Assembly: GCA_015233115.1 (NCBI GenBank) | Contig: JADFYJ010000011.1 | Span: 17,824-81,823 of the forward strand | From: Candidatus Omnitrophota bacterium | Lineage (GTDB): Bacteria; Omnitrophota; Gorgyraeia; Zapsychrales; Zapsychraceae | Direction: 5' to 3' | DNA length: 64,000 nt | Notes under the pieces: model-generated | Told to the model about the DNA's origin: nothing | Databases searched by the model: none | Seen by the model: the letters and a program-made list of their open reading frames with translations, nothing else | Translations under genes and position numbers: made by a program | Shown here: positions 56,999 through 64,000 of the stretch, piece by piece | Layout of the letters: every line of letters begins with the position of its first letter | Position numbering within the stretch: position 1 is the stretch's first letter

Positions 56999-58198
56999 AT
57001 GTTTAATACTATTGAAGATGTTTTGCAGGATCTCCGTGAAGGAAAAATGGTTGTGGTCATGGATGACGAAGGCCGCGAGAATGAAGGCGATGTTTTATGC
57101 GCGGCGCAGTTTATTACTCCGGAAAAGATCAATTTTATGGCGCGTTATGCCCGCGGGTTGGTTTGTATTCCTATGACTGAAGACCGTTTAAATGAATTAG
57201 ATCTTCATCCCATGAAAGTGAATTTACACAGCCGGCATCAACGATGTGATACTGGCTGGGCGATATCTGTGGATGCGGCTCATGGTATAACAACTGGGAT
57301 TTCAGCTGGCGATCGGGCTTATACTACTCAGGTGTTAATTGATCCTAAATCTAAATCCGGCGACTTGATTACTCCCGGCCATTTGTTTCCATTACGCGCG
57401 GTTAAAGGCGGGGTTATGGTTCGCGCTGGACATACTGAAGCATCAGTTGACTTGACCCGTTTGGCTGGACTATATCCTGCCGGGGTTATTTGCGAGATTA
57501 TGAATGATGACGGAACAATGGCCCGCACGGAACAATTAACCCAGTTTGCTAAAAAACATCATTTAAAGATCTGTACGATTGATAGTCTGATTGAATATTT
57601 ACAGCAAAAAGAAAAGTTGATTGAGCGTATTGCTGAAACCAATATGCCGACCAGACATGGCGATTTCAAATTGTATGCTTATGAAACCACAGTTGACGAT
57701 TTGGTGCATATGGCATTAGTGATGGGTAATATTAATGATCATAAACCTGTGTTAGTCCGCGTTCAATCTGAATGTTTGACTGGCGACGTATTTGGTTCAT
57801 TGCGTTGTGATTGCAACGGCCAGTTGGAACATGCTTTTGAAGCGATTGCCAAAGAGGGCCGGGGCATTTTGTTATACATGAGACAAGAAGGCCGCGGAAT
57901 TGGATTAGCCAATAAATTGCGCGCGTATCATTTGCAGGATAATGGGATGGATACTGTGGAAGCTAATGAAGCTTTAGGGTTTGGCCCGGATTTACGAAAA
58001 TATGGTATGGGCGCGCAGATTTTGGCGGATTTAGGCGTAAAAGATTTGCGTTTATTGACTAATAATCCTCGTAAGATTGTTGGGTTAGAAGGTTTTGGTC
58101 TCAAAGTGGTGGAACGCGTCAGTTTACAGGTTCCGACTCACAAAGCCAATGAAAAATACATGAAGACCAAAAAAGAAAAATTGGGGCATATTCTATAA
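56999..58198 (+). CDS. ribBA: Bifunctional DHBP synthase / GTP cyclohydrolase II
   Basis: DDEGRENEGD, RAGHTEA, RVQSECLTGDVFGSLRCDC, QEGRGIGL, LTNNPRK. Confidence 0.96.
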   Translation: MFNTIEDVLQDLREGKMVVVMDDEGRENEGDVLCAAQFITPEKINFMARYARGLVCIPMTEDRLNELDLHPMKVNLHSRHQRCDTGWAISVDAAHGITTGISAGDRAYTTQVLIDPKSKSGDLITPGHLFPLRAVKGGVMVRAGHTEASVDLTRLAGLYPAGVICEIMNDDGTMARTEQLTQFAKKHHLKICTIDSLIEYLQQKEKLIERIAETNMPTRHGDFKLYAYETTVDDLVHMALVMGNINDHKPVLVRVQSECLTGDVFGSLRCDCNGQLEHAFEAIAKEGRGILLYMRQEGRGIGLANKLRAYHLQDNGMDTVEANEALGFGPDLRKYGMGAQILADLGVKDLRLLTNNPRKIVGLEGFGLKVVERVSLQVPTHKANEKYMKTKKEKLGHIL

Positions 58199-58207
58199 AC
58201 AGTTATA

Positions 58208-58360
58208 GCGCGCGGTTGGGACGGTTTGCATTAAAACCAAATCCCTCGCTCAAACAGCAGCTCCGAAGCGGAGCTGAACTCGCTCTAGGATTCGGTTTTA
58301 ACGCCAACCTTAGTTTTTTTACGCGCGGTTTTTCTCGTAGGGGCGATCACCTGATCGCCC
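58208..58360 (+). repeat. ~120-bp repeat copy 4 (58208-58330) plus REP (58337-58360)
   Basis: Same scaffold, with the inner hairpin changed to cagctccg-aag-cggagctg. Confidence 0.88.
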
Positions 58361-58407
58361 GCAACAAAATTATCGCTTTTTTGTTAAGAGAAAATTAATT
58401 TTAAATT

Positions 58408-58890
58408 ATGCAAACAATACAGTCAAAAAATAGCGGTAAAGGTTTTAGGATTGGGATAGTCGTATCTCGATTTAATGAGCATATTACGAATCGATTGCTG
58501 GATGGTTGTTTGGATGAATTAACGAAGCTGGGTGTGAAGAAGAATGATGTGACTGTGGTATGGGTTCCGGGTGCGTTTGAGATTCCTTTGGTGAGTGTTG
58601 AGTTAGCTAAGAAAAAAAATATTGATGCGGTGATATGTTTAGGTGCTATTGTTAAAGGGGAAACTCTGCATTATGATTTAGTCGCGAATGAGAGCGCGAG
58701 AGGCATTGCGCAGGCATCACTGATGACTGGCAAGCCTGTGATCTTTGAAGTATTGGCGGCAGATACCATGTTATTGGTTGAGAAGCGCGCGCAAGTTAAA
58801 GGTGACAACAAGGGCCGCGATGCAGCCAAGGCGGCAGTTGAGATGATTGATGTTATGAAAAAGATAAAAAATGCCGTATGTAGTATGTAG
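58408..58890 (+). CDS. ribH: 6,7-dimethyl-8-ribityllumazine synthase
   Basis: IVVSRFN, WVPGAFEIP, LGAIVKGETLHYD, NKGRDAA. Confidence 0.95.
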   Translation: MQTIQSKNSGKGFRIGIVVSRFNEHITNRLLDGCLDELTKLGVKKNDVTVVWVPGAFEIPLVSVELAKKKNIDAVICLGAIVKGETLHYDLVANESARGIAQASLMTGKPVIFEVLAADTMLLVEKRAQVKGDNKGRDAAKAAVEMIDVMKKIKNAVCSM

Positions 58891-59111
58891 CATGTGGTAT
58901 GTGGATGAAGCGATTGGTGAAAAAACGTAGTGGATTTATAAATATTCTTTTTTCGAAAAAAGCAATTAAATGGAACAAGACATCGATAAAAAAATTTAAA
59001 TTAAACATATTAACAATCAGTTTTTGATTTTATGGATTTTTTTTGTGTCTTTTGTTTTTTTTAGACCAAATTAATTTTTTTACTACATACGACATACCAC
59101 ATACTACATAC
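58876..59111. repeat. Inverted GTATGT(A/G) heptamer arrays between ribH and nusB
   Basis: gtatgtagtatgtagcatgtggtatgtgg ... actacatacgacataccacatactacatac. Confidence 0.88.
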
Positions 59112-59129
59112 TTTTAGGACAAAACAAAC

Positions 59130-59558
59130 ATGCGAAAACGAAGTTTAGCCCGGGAACATGCTTTAAAAATTATGTATCAGGCCGAAATTAACCGTCGTCC
59201 GATGAGTGTATCGACTGGTATTTATTGGGGAGAAAATTTAGAAGAAAAAGATCATACGATTATAGATTTTTGTGACCGCTTGATCAATGGCATTGAACAG
59301 AATGTCGATAAAATCGACGCGGAAATTTCCAAGTATACAGAAAACTGGCAATTGAAGCGTATGGCTGTGATTGACCGGAATGTTTTACGCTTGGGCGTGT
59401 ATGAAATTTTAATGACCTCGGATATCCCTCCTAAAGTGACGATAAACGAAGCCGTGGAATTAGCCAAAAAATATGGCGATATGGAATCCGGCAAATTCGT
59501 AAACGGGATCTTGGATAAGATCCACAAAACTGAAAACATGAGCCACAAGACCATATGA
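59130..59558 (+). CDS. nusB: Transcription antitermination factor NusB
   Basis: RSLAREHAL, WQLKRMAVIDRNVLR, INEAVELAKKYG, FVNGILD. Confidence 0.95.
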   Translation: MRKRSLAREHALKIMYQAEINRRPMSVSTGIYWGENLEEKDHTIIDFCDRLINGIEQNVDKIDAEISKYTENWQLKRMAVIDRNVLRLGVYEILMTSDIPPKVTINEAVELAKKYGDMESGKFVNGILDKIHKTENMSHKTI

Positions 59559-60379
59559 GCCGGTTTGCAGATCTTCATCTCCATACAAATTATTCAGACA
59601 GTACCTTCTCTCCTGAAGAAGTCGTTAATCAAGCGAAAACCGCGGGTATAGAGTGCATTGCTATCACGGATCATGATACAGTTGAGGCGGTTGCTTTAGC
59701 ATCTGAAGCGGGACAAAAATGCGGTATTGAAATTTTGCCTGGAATTGAATTATCGTCGGAAATTAATGGCAGGGAAGTCCATATTTTAGGATATCTTTTT
59801 GACTACCAGTCAGATTATGTTTTGAATTTTTTTAATTTAATGCAAAAAGAACGTTTGTCGCGCATGAAAAAAATGATCCTTAAGTTAAAAGAATTAGGAA
59901 TCAATAATATAGAATTTGAGGAAGTGTGCGCATTGACGAAAACGAATGCTGTGGGCCGGGCGCATTTGGCGCGTTTATTGTTAAAGAAGGGCTGGGTGAA
60001 GTATATTGGTGAGGCGTTTGAGAAATATTTGGCTGAAGGCAAACCGGTTTACTATCCTAAATATAAAATGACACCGTATGAAGCCATTGACATGATCAGA
60101 AAAGCGGGCGGTGTTCCGGTATTGGCACATCCGGCTGTAACAAGAACGGATGAATTGATCCCCAGTTTTGTGGAAGCAGGCCTTAAAGGTATTGAAGTTT
60201 TTTATCCCATGGTTCCCAAAGCCGGCATTGATTATTATAATGGTTTAGCAACCAAGTACGGGCTGATCGCGACAGGCGGATCAGATACGCATGGCACTAT
60301 CAAGCCGGATATTTATATCGGCATTATTAAATTGCCATATGAAAAAGTGGAACAGATGAAAGCGATTGTAAAGGGGTAA
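59555..60379 (+). CDS. PHP domain phosphoesterase
   Basis: DLHLHTNYSD, AITDHDT, VHILGY, VLAHP, TGGSDTHG. Confidence 0.9.
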   Translation: MSRFADLHLHTNYSDSTFSPEEVVNQAKTAGIECIAITDHDTVEAVALASEAGQKCGIEILPGIELSSEINGREVHILGYLFDYQSDYVLNFFNLMQKERLSRMKKMILKLKELGINNIEFEEVCALTKTNAVGRAHLARLLLKKGWVKYIGEAFEKYLAEGKPVYYPKYKMTPYEAIDMIRKAGGVPVLAHPAVTRTDELIPSFVEAGLKGIEVFYPMVPKAGIDYYNGLATKYGLIATGGSDTHGTIKPDIYIGIIKLPYEKVEQMKAIVKG

Positions 60380-60443
60380 AGGGGTAAAGGTGGTAAAGGT
60401 GATAAAGGAAAACACGATTGATGGAAAAGCGACGGGTTTAAAC

Positions 60444-61535
60444 ATGAACGATGAACTATTTATGCAACGAGCGCTGGAATTGGCATTACAGGGCAAAGGG
60501 TATACTTCGCCTAATCCGATGGTCGGGGCGGTGATTGTAAAGAATAATAAGGTCATAGCAGAAGGATTTCATGCCCGTTGCGGGGAAGATCACGCGGAAA
60601 CTGCGGCTTTGAAAAAATGTAAAGGGAACGTGGCTAAAGGCGCTACTTTGTATGTGAACTTAGAGCCATGTTTTCATGAAGGCCGGACTCCGCCTTGCGT
60701 GGACGCGGTCATAGCGGCAGGTATCAAAGAAGTTGTTATCGCTATGAAAGACCCTAACCCTTTGACTAATGGCAAATCAATCCGAAAACTCAATAACGCA
60801 GGCATTACGACTCGGGTGGGAATTTTGGGGGATCAAGCGGGCCGTTTGAATGAAGCGTTTGTGAAATTTATTAAAGAAGGCATGCCGTTTGTGGTCGCGA
60901 AAGTGGCGCAGACGATTGATGGGAAAATAGCGACCACAGCGCGGGATTCCATGTGGATCACTTCTGAAAAAACCCGCGAAATGAGCCGCACCGTGCGCGC
61001 TGAATTTGACGCGATTTTAGTCGGCGTCAATACCATGATGGTGGATGATCCGCGGCTTGAACCTCAGGACGCCAAAAAAGTTTTAAAGAAAATCATCGTG
61101 GATACCCGTCTCAGGGTGCCGCTTATTTCTAAGATTTTTAAAAAACCTGAGCAATGCATCGTGGCTACGACCAACAAGGCTGCCCTCAGCCAAATCTCTT
61201 TATTAAAGCACAAAGGGATTGAGGTGATAGTCTGTCCGGTGAGGAATAATAAAGTTGATTTGAAATGGCTTTTCAAAGAATTAGCGAAAGAAAACATCAC
61301 GAGCATTTTGATCGAGGGCGGTTCTGAAGTAATCGGCAGCGCGCTGAAAGAAGGGCTGGTCGATAAAATGCATATTTATATTGCTCCGAAAATTGTGGGC
61401 GATCAAAAAGCGCTCAGTTCTGTGACGGGCATGAATATTTCAAAAATAGAAGAGGCCTTGCAATTAAAAGATTTACAGGTATTATATTTTCATCCAGATA
61501 TAAGGATTGAAGGTTATGTTCTCAGGAATAGTTGA
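60444..61535 (+). CDS. ribD: Riboflavin biosynthesis deaminase/reductase
   Basis: PNPMVGAVIV, HAE, NLEPCFHEGRTPPC, IEGG; start moved past the repeat-derived extension. Confidence 0.94.
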   Translation: MNDELFMQRALELALQGKGYTSPNPMVGAVIVKNNKVIAEGFHARCGEDHAETAALKKCKGNVAKGATLYVNLEPCFHEGRTPPCVDAVIAAGIKEVVIAMKDPNPLTNGKSIRKLNNAGITTRVGILGDQAGRLNEAFVKFIKEGMPFVVAKVAQTIDGKIATTARDSMWITSEKTREMSRTVRAEFDAILVGVNTMMVDDPRLEPQDAKKVLKKIIVDTRLRVPLISKIFKKPEQCIVATTNKAALSQISLLKHKGIEVIVCPVRNNKVDLKWLFKELAKENITSILIEGGSEVIGSALKEGLVDKMHIYIAPKIVGDQKALSSVTGMNISKIEEALQLKDLQVLYFHPDIRIEGYVLRNS

Positions 61536-62199
61536 AGAAACAGGGATTGTTCAGAAAATTGATCAAAAGCCGAATTTGCACACGCTTTTTATTAAAGGCC
61601 GCAAAGTGCTGGAAGATGCCAATGCCGGTGATAGTATTTGCGTGAGCGGCGTGTGTTTGACTGTGACCAAGCGGATTAGTGATGTGCTGGTTTTTGATAT
61701 CATGTTAGAGACAATCCGTAAGACCACCTTAGGCGTCTTGAAACCGGGCAGCCGGGTGAATTTGGAGCGCGCCTTGAAGATGGAAAGCCGGATCAGCGGT
61801 CATTTTGTAAGCGGTCACGTGGACCAGATGGAAACGATCAAGGATGTGGTTACTGGTGAGAATTACACCGAATTAAGAATTACAGTCAGTCCATCATTAA
61901 AAAAATATATCGTGCCAAAAGGGTCAGTTTGTTTAGACGGCGTGAGTTTAACCGTCGGTGATGTACGAAAAAATGATTTCTCCGTGTATTTAATCCCTTT
62001 CACGCTGGACGTGACCACTTTGGGGTTGAACAAAAAAGGGGATTCCATTAATATTGAGACTGATATTTTAGCCAAATATGTGCTGGCAGCCCAAGCAGGT
62101 AAAAATGTATCGCCGTATTCGGCAGTTAAAAAGGTCACAAAGTCACAAGGGCACAAGGTCACAAAGGGAAATAAAGATAAGAAAAAAAACAAATTTTAG
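61516..62199 (+). CDS. ribE: Riboflavin synthase (alpha chain)
   Basis: MFSGIVEE, GVCLTV, VNLERAL, GHFVSGHVD, GVSLTV, NIETDILAKY. Confidence 0.95.
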   Translation: MFSGIVEETGIVQKIDQKPNLHTLFIKGRKVLEDANAGDSICVSGVCLTVTKRISDVLVFDIMLETIRKTTLGVLKPGSRVNLERALKMESRISGHFVSGHVDQMETIKDVVTGENYTELRITVSPSLKKYIVPKGSVCLDGVSLTVGDVRKNDFSVYLIPFTLDVTTLGLNKKGDSINIETDILAKYVLAAQAGKNVSPYSAVKKVTKSQGHKVTKGNKDKKKNKF

Positions 62200-62288
62200 A
62201 AAGCTGGTTTATTTTAAATTTTTTATTTTATGTTAAGTTTTTAATTTTTGTCTTTTTGTGACCTTGTGACTTTGTGTCCTTGCGACCT
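62131..62288. repeat. Inverted GTCACAAG octamer arrays; left arm lies inside the ribE 3' end
   Basis: aaggtcacaaagtcacaagggcacaaggtcacaaa ... ttgtgaccttgtgactttgtgtccttgcgacct. Confidence 0.85.
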
Positions 62289-62310
62289 AACAGACAGAAA
62301 GGGTAAATTA

Positions 62311-62751
62311 ATGCAATTAAATGTAATGGAAATACAAAAAGTGATTCCGCACCGGTTTCCTTTTTTAATGATTGACCGGGTTATTGAGCTGATACCCAAT
62401 GAAAAATTGGTGGCGATTAAAAATGTGACCGTCAATGAACATCAATTCGTGGGACATTTTCCAAACGAAAAAGTCATGCCTGGCGTATTGATGATTGAAG
62501 CTATGGCGCAAGCGGGTTGTGTATATTTTCATTACAGCAAAAATCCGGAACAAAAAGAATTGATTTATTATTTGGCTAAAACAGAAGCTAAATTTCATAG
62601 TGTGGTGGTTCCGGGCGATCAATTACGGATTGAAATTACTCCAGTTAAATTAATTGCCCGAGCCGGATTTATTCAAGCTAAAGCTTATGTAGGCGATAAA
62701 CTCGCTGTTGAAGCACAGATTGGATTTGGGATTAAAGAAGTTAGTAAGTAA
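62311..62751 (+). CDS. fabZ: 3-hydroxyacyl-ACP dehydratase
   Basis: IPHRFPFLMIDRV, KNVTVNE..FVGHFP, MPGVLMIEAMAQ, VVPGD. Confidence 0.93.
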   Translation: MQLNVMEIQKVIPHRFPFLMIDRVIELIPNEKLVAIKNVTVNEHQFVGHFPNEKVMPGVLMIEAMAQAGCVYFHYSKNPEQKELIYYLAKTEAKFHSVVVPGDQLRIEITPVKLIARAGFIQAKAYVGDKLAVEAQIGFGIKEVSK

Positions 62752-62772
62752 AGTATTATCTTGCCTAATTAT

Positions 62773-62801
62773 TTGACGAAAAGTTTGTGTTCTGATAGAC
62801 T
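62773..62801 (+). promoter_or_regulatory. Sigma-70 promoter for tRNA-Pro
   Basis: TTGACG-17 nt-TAGACT. Confidence 0.6.
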
Positions 62802-62836
62802 AGGTCGTCATTTATTGTTAACTTAAAAATATTTGT

Positions 62837-62913
62837 CGGGGAGTAGCGCAGCTGGCTAGCGCGCATCGTTCGGGACGATGAGGTCGAGGGTTCAAATCCC
62901 TCCTCCCCGACCA
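62837..62913 (+). tRNA. tRNA-Pro(CGG)
   Basis: CGGGGAG/CTCCCCG acceptor stem, catcg-ttCGGga-cgatg anticodon arm, GGTTCAAATCC, encoded CCA. Confidence 0.95.
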
Positions 62914-62931
62914 TTTTATAAAGAGCCCACT

Positions 62932-63309
62932 ATGGAAGATCAACCAATCCCATCTAAACATGTTATGGATCCCCGCCAAGAGAGAAATTGGGCGGTCGGT
63001 ATCCATTTGTCGCAATTGGCCTTATGCGCAGGCATCTTATTCGGCAATCTTATCATCCCTTTAGTCATTTGGCTCATCAAGAAAAATGAAAGCCCTTTAA
63101 TTGACCATGAGGGAAAAAAAGTTTTAAATTTTCAAATTTCCATGATGATTTATTTTATTGTGACTGGGCTGACATGTTTTATTTTGATCGGATTTATTTT
63201 AGTTCCGGTCCTTTTTATTTTAGATGTAATTTTTATTATTATTGGCTCCGTGAATACCAGTAATGGCATAGATCACAAATATCCGTTTACTATTGAATTT
63301 ATTCGATGA
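62932..63309 (+). CDS. DUF4870 family membrane protein
   Basis: [35 protein letters not shown]. Confidence 0.8.
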   Translation: MEDQPIPSKHVMDPRQERNWAVGIHLSQLALCAGILFGNLIIPLVIWLIKKNESPLIDHEGKKVLNFQISMMIYFIVTGLTCFILIGFILVPVLFILDVIFIIIGSVNTSNGIDHKYPFTIEFIR

Positions 63310-63572
63310 TTGCCCATATTATTTATACCGGCCAGGTGCAGGGGGTGGGATTTCGCTACACGGCGCAGAATATCGCCAGGCAACACGGGATAAAAGGCTG
63401 GGTAAAGAACTTGCCTGGCGGGCCGGTGGAAGTTTATGCGGACGGGACACAGCGGAAATTAGACGAGTTTTGCGCTGAGCTGGAAGATTTTTTCCGGGAT
63501 AATATTTCAGATAAACAAATTTCATATATAGACGAGAAAAGCCAGTTCGGAGATTTTAGAATTGGTTATTGA
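63306..63572 (+). CDS. acyP: Acylphosphatase
   Basis: GQVQGVGFRY, GWVKNLPGG.VE. Confidence 0.92.
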   Translation: MIAHIIYTGQVQGVGFRYTAQNIARQHGIKGWVKNLPGGPVEVYADGTQRKLDEFCAELEDFFRDNISDKQISYIDEKSQFGDFRIGY

Positions 63573-63575
63573 GGT

Positions 63576-64000
63576 ATGGATAAATCAACGGCACAGAAAA
63601 AAATAGCTGAGCTCGCTCAAATTATTGAGGAGCACAATGACCGTTATTACGTTCTTTCTGAACCAACTATTTCTGATAAAGAATATGATGATCTGTTAAG
63701 AGAATTAGCCGAGCTGGAAAAGAAGTATCCGGAATTAAAAGATGCTAATTCACCAACGAGCCGAGTGGGTGTAAAGATTTCGTCTGATGTGCCGACGGTT
63801 AGGCATAGGGTGAAAATGTATTCGTTGGATAATACGTATTCGACGGATGATATTCTGCAATGGCATAAGAGGGTGGAATCGGGTTTAAAGGATCAAAAGT
63901 TTGAATATGTGGTTGAGCTGAAAATTGATGGGGTGAGCGCGTCTTTGCTTTATGAACACGGCCGTTTAGTTTTGGGCGCGACCCGCGGCGATGGGGTGAC
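63576..64000 (+). CDS. ligA: NAD-dependent DNA ligase (5' part, runs off the window)
   Basis: Manual translation HNDRYYVLSEPTISDKEYD, SPTSRVG, MYSLDN, ELKIDG, ATRGDG. Confidence 0.95.
   Translation, partial: MDKSTAQKKIAELAQIIEEHNDRYYVLSEPTISDKEYDDLLRELAELEKKYPELKDANSPTSRVGVKISSDVPTVRHRVKMYSLDNTYSTDDILQWHKRVESGLKDQKFEYVVELKIDGVSASLLYEHGRLVLGATRGDGV

Noticed and set aside
2609-58360. Repeats as a CRISPR array
   Set aside because: Copies are dispersed or inverted, not regularly spaced with unique spacers, and there are no cas genes in the window.
60390-60443. N-terminal extensions of ribD, fabZ, mlaD, mlaF, and the 18362 and 62878 ORFs in the ORF track
   Set aside because: The extensions are read through repeat arms, hairpins or tRNA-Pro; downstream ATGs fit the family starts better.
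840-63525. Numerous 60-150-aa antisense or alternate-frame ORFs inside long genes
   Set aside because: They overlap well-supported genes and show no family motifs.

Overview
AT-rich anaerobic bacterial chromosome segment. Gene content and the giant secreted proteins suggest Candidatus Omnitrophota (PVC group); this is an inference. Almost all genes are on the + strand. Housekeeping and metabolic genes include ADP-forming acyl-CoA synthetase, PFOR, mlaEFD, glyQS, ppdK, a sigma-70 factor, apt, rpsO-pnp, ftsK-rodZ-rimO-pgsA-pgpA, rib operon/nusB, fabZ, ligA (partial), tRNA-Arg(CCT) and tRNA-Pro(CGG). Two unusual layers stand out. (1) Two paralogous giant proteins (2116 and 1669 aa) share a signal peptide, a conserved ~350-aa N-terminal domain ending YFSGG and a C-terminal GGIDLN domain. 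Between these they carry unrelated cargo modules (LysM-like/HExxH units, alanine dehydrogenase, an HD domain) joined at a D-x-A-M motif, like a cassette-built polyprotein. Their N-terminal domains also carry in-frame palindromic DNA repeats at homologous loops. (2) Many intergenic spaces hold repeats: inverted arrays of 7-8-nt tandem units (one pair encloses a four-helix-bundle gene, the rest are empty), GTAG-type REP hairpins and a ~120-bp structured element. Many share an AAAAGCGAT(TGATG) motif. Coordinates were read by eye, so repeat ends may be a few nt off.
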